This document shows, one piece after another, positions 11,810 to 24,200 of a DNA stretch of 64,000 nt. Made by a program: the position numbers and the translations under genes. Origin of the DNA: Albugo candida (lineage: Eukaryota). The notes under the pieces are model-generated. The model ran no database searches and had not been told where the DNA came from. It was given only the letters and a program-made list of their open reading frames with translations. Position 1 is the first letter of the stretch, and each line of letters begins with the position of its first letter. Where the stretch lies: the NCBI GenBank assembly GCA_040437565.1, contig JBDOQK010000029.1, positions 186,001 to 250,000 of the forward strand, in the 5' to 3' direction.

Positions 11810-12175
11810 ATGGTAAAGTTTTTCGGCACAAAAAGTAAGAAGGCAAACTTGCGTGGTAGTCTTGCGTCACAGAAAGGCAAAGTAGATGCGTCAAGTTTAC
11901 TCGATGAAAATGGCGATCCAGCCGATAGCTCACTCTACACAGATCCAAAGAAACGCAAGAAACGAAACCAGAAAAAAACCATGACGACTGAGGAATACGA
12001 CCCTTCTCTACCCGACCATAATCTCCCTCACCAGAATCTAATGCCCTCACAAATGTATCCGCCACAATCGTTCCCAAATCACGAACCGAACTTAGCCGTA
12101 CCATTGCCTCCACCACAATCACACGTTCCAGTTAAAAAAACCTTTTGGAATAAATTACGACGGACATCAACATAA
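11810..12175 (+). CDS. Small hypothetical protein (121 aa) with basic KKRKKR patch and Pro-rich C-terminus
   Basis: ATG at 11810 (MVKFFGTKSKK...) in ORF 11648-12175, with protein-like low-complexity composition. Divergent from the glucan synthase gene. Confidence 0.6.
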   Translation: MVKFFGTKSKKANLRGSLASQKGKVDASSLLDENGDPADSSLYTDPKKRKKRNQKKTMTTEEYDPSLPDHNLPHQNLMPSQMYPPQSFPNHEPNLAVPLPPPQSHVPVKKTFWNKLRRTST

Positions 12176-12350
12176 CTCTCTAAGCGTATCCTAAGCGTTG
12201 TACACAATACACTTGATTCATACATTCTTGTCACTTTGCCCTCACATCTTACTCTATTCATCTAATTATAGGACTTGTCCAACACTATTTTCAACCAATC
12301 ATCATCCACTGCGCTCTGACTCGATCTGACTCGTTGCCTTTCATTACGCA

Positions 12351-13504
12351 ATGAGCTTCTCCCGCGATATGACGCTTTCCTGCTGCAACGACGATCAATA
12401 TCGATCCATCTTTCTCGTCATCTTATACTCTGTACTCATACTCAAGCTGTATGTGTCCAAATCCGCTCTCCTTTTTCTCCTTCTCTGAGAATTTCGACAT
12501 TTAGATGGCGTATCGTAATCCTTCATCCATTCAAACTTCTGTACGTCATGCAATCGCTCTCTTCCACATCTCACATTCTCCAGCACTGTCTTCCTCCATG
12601 AGCTCGGTCACGCAATAGCTGCATGGATTACCTGTGGCAAAGTAAATCCATTCTCAATCGCATACAATTCCCACAAATTCTCTTCAGGTCGTAGGAATGG
12701 AAGTGCATCCGAATGAAGGCGGTTCCACGCGCACTGTCGGCGGATGCCAATTGGTTATCCTTCCAGCGGTATGTATCGATCTCAATCTTTCTCTTTATCT
12801 CCACACTCTCTGTAGGGATACATCGGATCGGCAATTTGGGGAATGGGACTTATGATCGCAAGTGCCAGCGTCTTGGGATCACAGATCGCGTCGGGAATTC
12901 TTCTCTTCTTCCTCTTCATTTGCATTATCATCGCGCAGAACAAGTACCTTCGACTACTGAATCTCGGCTTTATCGTGTTTCTCGGCATCTTCTTAGCGAT
13001 CAGTTTCCAATTCAACGTCGAAATCCTGCAGTACATCACGCTTTTCATCGGTGTCATGAGCTGTTTGTTCTCCATTTACGACATTTGGGATGATCTCATT
13101 TCGCGAAGAGTGAACGCCAGGTACGCTCCATGACGATCTCTTTAGGATTCTCATCGATTCCGTGTAGCGATGCCACTATCTTCGCAGAGATCACACATAC
13201 TTCCAGTCGATGTTGGGGCGTCATTTGGGGTCTCATCGCAATTTGCGCATTGACAGGCGCAGTGTACTTTCATCTTCTCGTGCTTCAGCATACAAGCGTC
13301 TCTACAGATAGCGATTTTTCCACGGAAACTAAAGTCGTTCTTGGACTCATGTGCGTGGTTGTAGGTCTCTCGATCTTCCACACATCCGTCACCCGGCAAT
13401 GTGCGTATCCATACGCAAATTTGTCATCGCTTCTGACGTCTTTTTCCGCAGGTATGCTGCGTCCGATGGAAGCGGCTCCCGAAGAAACATACGACGCCGC
13501 ATAG
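12351..13504 (+). CDS. Peptidase M50B-like intramembrane metalloprotease (multi-exon)
   Basis: Splicing GT-AG introns (e.g. 12449-12504, 12541-12583) yields ...HPFKLLTVFLHELGHAIAAWITCGK/VVGMEVHPNEGG...LPAGYIGS...SIYDIWDDLISR...SDA. HExxH at ~12597-12611 and several TM segments. Confidence 0.88.
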
Positions 13505-13511
13505 AAATTTC

Positions 13512-16500
13512 TTATGGGAGAATTCCATTTGTCATTCGCTGAAAGTTGTCATATTGTCTCGTGCTGTAATTGCTGTTGCTTTTCCGTATCAAAGACATCA
13601 CATGAGCGACAACATCGTGCTTGGACGCTCCCAATTTGAATCGTGATCGCAGCTTGAACATGATGTACGAGATGTCTTTGCCCACAAAACACGGATACGG
13701 CGATTGTCGTGACATGATATCGACCAAGTCACAAATCTCATCGCAGTGCTGCTGACACGCGAGAAAGCCTCGCGTGCACAGCGTGATGTACTCTTTGAAT
13801 CCTTCCGAATCACTTCCGCCCATTGTCTCAACCATTTCCGCTGTTAATTTGAATGGAGCTGTTTCGATACTAAAGCTTCCGCCCGGTGCGATGCCGAGGA
13901 GAAACCCGTAATCAATGTGAATGATATGTCCTTCGTTGTCCAGCATGATGTTCCCATTGTGACGATCTTTGATCTGAAGCAAGTAACATACGATCGAGTA
14001 CCCTGCCAGCGACTCGATAAAGTTCCGTCGAGCTTGGATGAAACGAGGAGAACCCATGCCGCCATATGACTTTTCGAAATGATGTAATAGCGTCGTGTAT
14101 CCTTCGCGCTTCTTAAGTCCATCCAGTGAGATTGCATCGGTCAATGTTTCAATCAAACCGGTCGATGAACTGGTCGCAATGATGCGATACGATTTCAGCC
14201 AAATGGGAACTTTAGCGATTTTGTATATCTCAATGAATTTCTGAATGAGCTGAACGACAAAAGTATCAGCAAATGCATCAGATTCGTCAACGACAAACCT
14301 GTAAGGAGAACACTTCTTGACGTAGATCATCGTTGCTTTTTCCGATCATAGACACGATATCCCACCCAGCAACATGACCGAATGGCGATTCCACGGATAA
14401 ACGTCTTCGTTTCGAGCTCCAGGACTCCCCAAAAGCTGCTTCTAAATCACTTCGACGATCTTTCTCGCGCTCTAATACTTCTTCCGATAAGTTTTGTGCA
14501 TGTCCGAGCGTCACATTACTGAACGCTTCCGTTTCCAACTCATCCAAACCGCCGAGTTTCGTGACTGTCGAGCGTGGAGTTTCCAATGTACCATCGACAA
14601 TCGACGGAGTCTCGGGCACGTCCAATTTAATTCCATCGAGCATCACTTGTTGATCGTTGGTCTTACATTCTTTCACGTTGACAATGTCTTGAGACTCGGA
14701 TTCACTTTGCATAAATCGATTGACTTCTTCCTCGTCCGGGTAATCGTTCAGAGGCATACCAATTGGGGTGCCTGGTCTCGGTGATATCGGGCTAAAGACC
14801 GTTGAATTGTTGAATATATTCCCTCGAATCACTTCGAAAATCAGCATGATGGGAACTCGAGCTTTGGTCGAGAATGCTGTTCCTTCATTTCGCGGAATTC
14901 GAACAATTCGTTCGAATGGATCGGTGGCTTTGACAAGTGGAACGTATGCGATTGGAGGGATTTTTAACTTGTCCAAAAAAGTCGGTAAAAGCCGTTTTCG
15001 TTCGGGGATCGACGACNNNNNNNNNNNNNNNNNNNNNNNNNNNNNNNNNNNNNNNNNNNNNNNNNNNNNNNNNNNNNNNNNNNNNNNNNNNNNNNNNNNN
15101 NNNNNNNNNNNNNNNNATTCCATCGAGCATCACTTGTTGATCGTTGGTCTTACATTCTTTCACGTTGACAATGTCTTGAGACTCGGATTCACTTTGCATA
15201 AATCGATTGACTTCTTCCTCGTCCGGGTAATCGTTCAGAGGCATACCAATTGGGGTGCCTGGTCTCGGTGATATCGGGCTAAAGACCGTTGAATTGTTGA
15301 ATATATTCCCTCGAATCACTTCGAAAATCAGCATGATGGGAACTCGAGCTTTGGTCGAGAATGCTGTTCCTTCATTTCGCGGAATTCGAACAATTCGTTC
15401 GAATGGATCGGTGGCTTTGACAAGTGGAACGTATGCGATTGGAGGGATTTTTAACTTGTCCAAAAAAGTCGGTAAAAGCCGTTTTCGTTCGGGGATCGAC
15501 GACACAAGACGCAGTTCTTCGGCAATGTCAGTGATTTGCTCTACGAAATTGCACTCATCGGCGAAATATTGACCCAGCACTGACTGCTCACTTTGACTCA
15601 TTCTTCGAAACGATCCTGTGCCAAATATTGTCGTTGGCTGATTGTCGACCATATCTTCTTCGATAAGTAAGGAAGGAGGAAGCTCATCCATACTTTCATG
15701 ACCGAGAAAACTTGTGCCCAGTAAGATATCCAAGCTTGGATCGTCTCGAGGAGTAAGCAAATGCTGCTGGAATTTCGAAAAGTCTCGGAAACGATTCTCA
15801 TTCTCGCTTACGACCACATTTCCAGAGCCTGAGGACGTCGGTGCGTCTTCTTTAATGCTCAATGAAGCAGGACGAGAACCACACGATAATGGGCGACCGA
15901 AATCCAAGCTTTTTGAACGTCGACTTGATAGATCTTCATGTGCTTCTTTTCGTTTTTGCATGATTCCTTCGGTGAGACTTTCAATGAGGACGAGTTGCTC
16001 TTCGGTTGGTTGTGGAAGTCGGCTCTTAAACATCTTCGTAGTGCCGTCTTCCTCCACTAAACAAATTCGTTTCACGCCAACGACTTCTTTCTCCATCTCT
16101 ACCATCAAACGGACCACGCGAGGATACTTGTCTTGCATGTCTTTTGACGCTGTCGGATCAAATGCATCCTCTAAAGCGCCTTGTAACTGCCAGCGTAACA
16201 ACAGAGCCAAATGGATAGATCGTGAGCATATCGAAATGATCAGTTCGTCGAGCCAAAAGAGCTTTTCAAAATCAAACATGGGGACGGTCAGGTACGCATG
16301 AACGATTTGAGGCCAATAAAACTCGACTTGGTTGATTCGCGTGTAGGAAAAATGAAGGATCTTTTCCACAATTGGCTTGAATAACAGCGGATCGCTGTCC
16401 AAATGGCGATGCAGAAGGATCACAGCGCGGTACACACTGAATCCTCGAGATCGAAATTCACGATGAAGTGCCAATATCTTGAGATCGAGTGGGATTTCTG

Positions 16501-17529
16501 GATGCTCTGACGTGTTTTTCAAATATCTTCGATCTCCCAATAGGATTTCTTCGCATTCTTCGGCATTGATAAGCCCAACTTTGAGCATGTTGATGGCGAT
16601 ATTGGCGGCTTCCGTGTGCATTGGGCGCTTTGGCATTATCAATTCAATTGGTGTGTCTGAGATGAGTGGCTTGGGATAGATACAAATTCCAGCTTTGAGT
16701 CTCTCCAAAGTCGCTTTCAAATAGTTCAGATACACCTGAGCATTGTGACAATCATCGCATACTCTTTTGCTGTAGTAAAAGGACCGATGTGGTAAAGGGA
16801 TTTTGTTGCTTGTAAACTTCTCACACCAAAGCTCATCGCAATTGTAGCACTTGTACAGAATCGAACTTGGAGCGGGAGTAGCAGGCGCATGGTTCAATTG
16901 TTCGAGCTGGCAATAATGACATCGGCACTTTGCATCCGAGTCGGAGATTGCACTGTTGGATATTGGGGAGCCTTGAGTCTCACTGAATCCACAAATCGAC
17001 TTTTTCGGCGTTCCTGATGCAGAATTAGGGCCATTCCCTTCAGCCAATCCACTGCATCCTGTTGCACAGAGTAGCTGCGTGCATTGCAGGCTATTCCGGT
17101 AATGTTCGAATGAAACAGCACGTGTCATGGTGGTCTCCACAGTCATCTGAATAGCTCGCATCCACTTTTCTTTTTCCATCGCTGTGTCCGCATAAGCGTA
17201 AAAAACCTTGTTCTGCGCCGTAGCAAAGAGAAATCCATTCTGGTAAATATGCATATTTCCTTTGCCATCCCAATCCTGCACGCCAAGCACGTGAACTTCG
17301 CCTTTAAGCCGCTGCATATGATACGCATCTTCCTGTGTGCTACATATTGATTTATACATTATATCATTTTATACAGAAGATTAAATAAGAGAGACCGCGC
17401 CAAACGTTACCTATAATAGTAAAGGGAAGTACCAACTAAAAAGCAGTAACGACGCAGCATTGGCGGTGGTGAGGAAGGGCTTGTGCGTAACGTCAAGTAT
17501 CCCTCGCAGGACGTACGAGGGGCTTTCAT
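13512..17529 (-). CDS. PI4KB: Phosphatidylinositol 4-kinase (type III beta-like) with N-terminal PH domain and degenerate FYVE-like Zn finger (multi-exon; 5' end uncertain)
   Basis: Kinase motifs KSNDDLRQE, LLQIKDRHNGNIM, IHIDYGF, APFKLT and helical-domain VEFYWPQ. PH-like CEGYL...RRYCFL...YAYADTAMEKEKWMRAI. The apparent frameshift at gap 15017-15116 comes from a 487-bp offset overlap. Confidence 0.92.
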
Positions 17530-18225
17530 TTGTGATGCGCTTGATGCAGGCGAACGCTCCCCGTTGCCTTCTTTTTTTCAGATTTGTGCGCTAAGCTGAC
17601 GCTTGAATTTCGACNNNNNNNNNNNNNNNNNNNNNNNNNNNNNNNNNNNNNNNNNNNNNNNNNNNNNNNNNNNNNNNNNNNNNNNNNNNNNNNNNNNNNN
17701 NNNNNNNNNNNNNNGCTGCGTTTGGCGCAAGCAATGCTGCTACTGATACTCAGTATAAGTACACTAGAAAAGCAGCTATCAGTGTAGGTATTCAGACATC
17801 TCAACAAGCGTATCAGGGCACTAAGAAGAAACGAAAAAGAAATGCTTCCCAAGCGCATGGTCAACGGAACAAAGCGAGATGGCACGATTCCAAAACGCCA
17901 AATAACCGTAAAAGTTCTTTGTATCACAAGTTGGATTCGGAATCGATCTCTCTGGGTATACTGGGCGCCTATTTGGTGAGAAAAATGAGCTCGAAAAGCT
18001 GTAGTTCACGCTGTCCATTTGTATGCTCAAGGAAGGCACTAGAACAAAACCGGTATCACTAAACTCCTACTTTGACGAAATTAGCAAAAATGCAACAAAC
18101 AAATCAGTATTTTACGAAAAAATCACAAACCTTTGGAATAAAATACTGCAGCTAGACAACCCGATCAAAGGCTCCAATTCCCAGCAGCAAATCGCTCGAA
18201 ATCGTGCTCAACTGGTGCAATCTCA

Positions 18226-21200
18226 ATGGAAAACAAGGCTCTGTGCCCGTCGACGACCGCAACAGAAGCTCTGCGCACTGGTTCCAGGCTCCATAAAGTT
18301 GTGCTCTGCTCCTTAAATGGACGTACGCTGCTAACGAGTGTTTTCCAGGTATGTCGATGCGTTGAGCATGAGCGAATTGTGGAGATCGTATGCGTTGGAG
18401 AGGATCGGAAACGAGCCGACTTCTATCTCCAGCGTCGATACCGTGCGATTACGATCCAAAATACAGGACTTGGACTTTATGGGCTGTCCACTTCGAGGTA
18501 TACTGCTCACCCGACTTGAGAAATAGACCGCTCAATGCTCTCAATTCTAGTCGTTCGATCACGCTGTCCCTCCTATCTGCGCTCGGAAGGTATCGTTGTG
18601 GCTGAAACTCGCCATACATTCCAATTATGTCAGCCTGAAGACCGTCTTTCGTGTACGTGAGCCTCCATTCCGACCTCACCCAATCGCTAATTCGCTGCCA
18701 ACAGCAATTCTAAAAGCTCACTCGACCTTTTCGGTGTCGTTGGATCATGGAAAAGAGCTCTGGATCGACGGGAATTGGCTAGACGCGAAGCATTAGTAAC
18801 GAGAATCCCTAAAATTGAATAAAACGTTGAGGCCTTTTGACACAATTTGTGGGCTCTGCGGCCGGAAGGAGCGTTTCTAGCGTTAAATTCCCAACTGTCC
18901 CATAAGGCTGCGATCTCTATTCGTCTATTCGATCATGTTGGGCTCTTTGCGATGGCAATGGACTGCTTCCACGCGACCGCTTTTGGCGATTTTTGACACT
19001 ACGCGCATTTCTGTGTACAATTTGCAGACATTCGCGATTGAAAGTGTCATAAATTCGCAAGAAAATGCGATTCAAAGTGTCTTTTGGAGCGATTTTGACG
19101 CGATTTTGGCTGTGATTTCAACGACACATTTGAGTGTTTATAGGCCGCGTACGCAGTCAATGGGACAATGGAACTTTGTCCATTGCTTTCACGCGCTGAT
19201 TTCTGCTGATTTCGTTATACAGTCTGTTGATTTTGCACCAAATTCCGAGTATTTAATTGTTTGTTGTGAGCAAACGCTTCTGATTTTGGCGCTGCCTGCA
19301 GACGTATCAAAGGAATTGACAACTCCGGTGGAATTAGAGCCGCAGATTCTGTGGAAAATGGCGTTTTCGGCGTTGAAAATGGCGAAATTCTCAATCGATC
19401 CGACGATTTTCGCGTTATTAGAGTCATCTTCCGAGCGACTTTGTGTGTGGAAAATGAAGCGGATCGCATCGATCATTGACAGACAGACAGAATGGAAGGT
19501 CGTGGAAATGAATGTACAATCAAACGCAACGAAAATCGATTCTTTTTCGTGGAATTTGACGTTTTCCAAACTCGAGTCGGATCGATTCTCCAGTCAAAAT
19601 GTTGATTGGAAGTGTCAAAATCGACCTCTGCTGCTCACTAAAGGCGCCGAAGAGCTTTGTATTTGGACACTGAACGCTAAGAAAGAGTTTGTTTGCTGTC
19701 TGCGTGTCGATGTCGAGCCAAATCGCCATTTTGGATGGGTACGTTGCTCGGGGTCTTTTACAATTGAAGCGGGAACTTTGACGGGTCAACGTTGCTATAT
19801 TTCTGAATGGAACGAGTACGGAGACGTTCGTATGTGGCAGGCAGAGCGGACGGAAGATCTGTGCGTTTTGAAAGCGACAGAANNNNNNNNNNNNNNNNNN
19901 NNNNNNNNNNNNNNNNNNNNNNNNNNNNNNNNNNNNNNNNNNNNNNNNNNNNNNNNNNNNNNNNNNNNNNNNNNNNNNNNNNGTCAAAATGTTGATTGGA
20001 AGTGTCAAAATCGACCTCTGCTGCTCACTAAAGGCGCCGAAGAGCTTTGTATTTGGACACTGAACGCTAAGAAAGAGTTTGTTTGCTGTCTGCGTGTCGA
20101 TGTCGAGCCAAATCGCCATTTTGGATGGGTACGTTGCTCGGGGTCTTTTACAATTGAAGCGGGAACTTTGACGGGTCAACGTTGCTATATTTCTGAATGG
20201 AACGAGTACGGAGACGTTCGTATGTGGCAGGCAGAGCGGACGGAAGATCTGTGCGTTTTGAAAGCGACAGAAATGTGTGTTCGAGTGCCCGGAGCCCCAT
20301 TACAAAATGTGCTTGTCACTGCTTATGGAAAGGACTCCAGCACCCTGGGAATATATTCGTGCTCGGACGATCGATTCCGATGCCACTTATACGATATTCA
20401 CGATGCGAGCCTCACGCTACGGAAGGAGAGTTCATGGGAGCCTTTTGATGGCGATATCGTCGCGCTAACTGCTCATCCAACGCTTCCGTTGATCGCAACT
20501 GCGACTCGGAATTCGCATCTTTGGATCTCTGTCTCGTGGATTTCATGCTCCATGGAAGCCTCTGCTCGTCAGCGATTGATTCCGTGTGGAAGGATACGAT
20601 TCGAATCGCAAGATTTCGAATGGATTCAATGGATTCACAGCAGCCATTTTGACGCAATTCCGCTTTTATTGATCGCATTTTCGTCAGGAATTCTCGACAT
20701 TTACGGGTATCAAAATGAGAATTCTCAGGCTTCTCGCTCACCCGATACAGAGCAGTGGCTCTGTATGATGCAGCTGGATGTCTCTCCTTCCGTCCACATT
20801 TGCGTGTGCCCGCTTTACGACGATGAAGCCTTTATTCCCGATACATTTGTTCTCTTGGCGATTGGAAGCTGTATCAAAGCGTGGAAATGCAGTGTCGACC
20901 TCGAAGCTTTCAAGGTGCATTGTACCTCGCTAGAGGTCCCTTTGAAAGCTCTCGGACGACCAAAGCATATCACGTGCGTGGAAGGAGGCAAACGATCAAC
21001 TTTTGGAACGAATTCACGCACAAATACGCTCCAATTTTATCTTTTCGTCGGCAATCGATACTCCGAGTTACAATATTGGCGCTGCTCTGTAGAAGACGCC
21101 ACCCTCTGCTGCTCAAAGATGAGCACACTTTCAGTGGGATCGAATGATCGGATCCTTCGAATCCGAGTGAACGACCTCAATCGTGTGGCAGTGCTCACAT

Positions 21201-24200
21201 CCAATGAGCCTCATGCGATTCACATAATAGAGGCAGAAAGCGGTCTGGGAACACTCTGTCTGGAAGCCTCTATTGACGCCACAGAAGATGCACAGAGCTT
21301 CGCATGGGGAAGCTCGCAGCTGACATCGTATTTCGACCCGCTTTTGGTGGCATATCGGAGCGAAATCGTAGTGCATCGATGTACGTGTCAAGGGAATTGG
21401 GTCGTCAGTTCTCGTATTCCGACAGCGTGTCGGATATTTGAATGCACACGAGACGCTTCCTTGGTAGTGGTGACAGCTTCAAGTCGTGCACACGTAGAGA
21501 TGATCGAGACCTGGGGCGCTACGGACGATACTATGCGTCCCAATGTCGTGGAAGCGCTTCCATTTTGGCATCCGTTTGTCCTCTTGACGACAATCTTTGG
21601 AATGCATCCACAAAGCCTCGATAGAATGCAGCAAGATACGACCCATTACGACTATAAAGAGTGTCTTCNNNNNNNNNNNNNNNNNNNNNNNNNNNNNNNN
21701 NNNNNNNNNNNNNNNNNNNNNNNNNNNNNNNNNNNNNNNNNNNNNNNNNNNNNNNNNNNNNNNNNNNNAATCGTAGTGCATCGATGTACGTGTCAAGGGA
21801 ATTGGGTCGTCAGTTCTCGTATTCCGACAGCGTGTCGGATATTTGAATGCACACGAGACGCTTCCTTGGTAGTGGTGACAGCTTCAAGTCGTGCACACGT
21901 AGAGATGATCGAGACCTGGGGCGCTACGGACGATACTATGCGTCCCAATGTCGTGGAAGCGCTTCCATTTTGGCATCCGTTTGTCCTCTTGACGACAATC
22001 TTTGGAATGCATCCACAAAGCCTCGATAGAATGCAGCAAGATACGACCCATTACGACTATAAAGAGTGTCTTCTTGAAACGGTTCAGCTGCTTCAACGAT
22101 TCGTACACAAGCTGCAAGATGAGGCGTCAACGGATCAGAATGAAACACAAAAGCCTCGCTTCCAATCGGAGCAGAATACCGCACGATTTCGTGAACGAAA
22201 GAACTCGTCAATGAGTTTGAAAGCAGCCGATTGTGCTCGGAATCTCTTTACCGAAAATGCTTCTCACATAGAATCGGAATCCGACGATAAAGAGCCTGAA
22301 GATGCTCTCACGGAATCAGAACGTCAAACGATCCTCTCAGCGATTCAACAGCCTTTAAGCGCTCAGGCTCTTTGCCTGTCACAAGGAGAGCTCTCAGCAC
22401 AGCTTACATCGATCCTCAGCTATATATCCGTTCTACAAACGCTTCCATTCGATCTGACAACCGCTGCTGATCTCTGTGGCATTCGCTTTTACCTCACATT
22501 GCTATTCACACAAACAGCCGAAAGACATTTGCAAAAAGTCTATTTCCCCTCTTCGTCGATCCTTTGGGCGCTCCATTCCGACTCACAGCCATTTCTCATC
22601 GACAAATGTTTCCATCCAAAAGCCTTATGGAACGAATGCCAATACCTGTGGCCTGGCCTTTGGGTCCGCGACATTTGCGATCTCCGACAGGTCTTAGAAC
22701 GGTACAACTAATTCTCCTTCGACTTCTCATCTCACTGTGCTCCTTAGACTCGCCAAAGCGCGATTTACAGCGACCAAAGACNNNNNNNNNNNNNNNNNNN
22801 NNNNNNNNNNNNNNNNNNNNNNNNNNNNNNNNNNNNNNNNNNNNNNNNNNNNNNNNNNNNNNNNNNNNNNNNNNNNNNNNNTTCTACAAACGCTTCCATT
22901 CGATCTGACAACCGCTGCTGATCTCTGTGGCATTCGCTTTTACCTCACATTGCTATTCACACAAACAGCCGAAAGACATTTGCAAAAAGTCTATTTCCCC
23001 TCTTCGTCGATCCTTTGGGCGCTCCATTCCGACTCACAGCCATTTCTCATCGACAAATGTTTCCATCCAAAAGCCTTATGGAACGAATGCCAATACCTGT
23101 GGCCTGGCCTTTGGGTCCGCGACATTTGCGATCTCCGACAGGTCTTAGAACGGTACAACTAATTCTCCTTCGACTTCTCATCTCACTGTGCTCCTTAGAC
23201 TCGCCAAAGCGCGATTTACAGCGACCAAAGACGTCTTCCAAGTCTGCTTGCATTATGCCGCCTTAGGCCGCCGAAACATTCTGTGCGGCCTCACCAGGCT
23301 CGGATCCAATGACGAATGCAAGGTGAGGCTTCCTCGGACCTTTTCAACAGCTTATGTGTGTGTCTGTAGCACCTGAGTTCCTTCTTGGAGCACGATTTCA
23401 CGCAGGAACGATGGAGTTTAGCGGCGATCAAAAACGCATACTCGTTACTCGCAAAAAAACGATTTGAACTAGCAGCTGCTTTCTTCCTCCTTAGTGAGCC
23501 GCCTCGAACGAAAGAAGCGGTACACATCCTTTGGAAGCGTATGAAAGACCCGAGTTTAGCGCTTGTGANNNNNNNNNNNNNNNNNNNNNNNNNNNNNNNN
23601 NNNNNNNNNNNNNNNNNNNNNNNNNNNNNNNNNNNNNNNNNNNNNNNNNNNNNNNNNNNNNNNNNNNNTTCAACAGCTTATGTGTGTGTCTGTAGCACCT
23701 GAGTTCCTTCTTGGAGCACGATTTCACGCAGGAACGATGGAGTTTAGCGGCGATCAAAAACGCATACTCGTTACTCGCAAAAAAACGATTTGAACTAGCA
23801 GCTGCTTTCTTCCTCCTTAGTGAGCCGCCTCGAACGAAAGAAGCGGTACACATCCTTTGGAAGCGTATGAAAGACCCGAGTTTAGCGCTTGTGATCGCTC
23901 GTGTCACAGAGAATCGATCCCAGCCTCTGGCGTACATGCAGGAAAGATGTACCCCGTTGAAGGCGACATCTCTTGAAGTAGCACGAGACTTTTTACTGCA
24001 GTATTGTCGCAATCAAAAGGATCGATGGATGGAGAGTGCAGTGCTCTGGTGGCTCGAGGACTACGATCAAGCTTGTACCGTCCTCCTTCCGCTATCGCGT
24101 TCCAACGATCTGGCGGGGTCTTTCGACGTATTGCCTTCCACGGGCGCACAGCAACTGTCCTTCTTTATGGATCTCACGTCATTATCGCTGTACTTTGAAT

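Noticed and set aside
14630-15503. Frameshift or pseudogenisation of PI4K
   Set aside because: Caused by a 487-bp offset overlap across gap 15017-15116.
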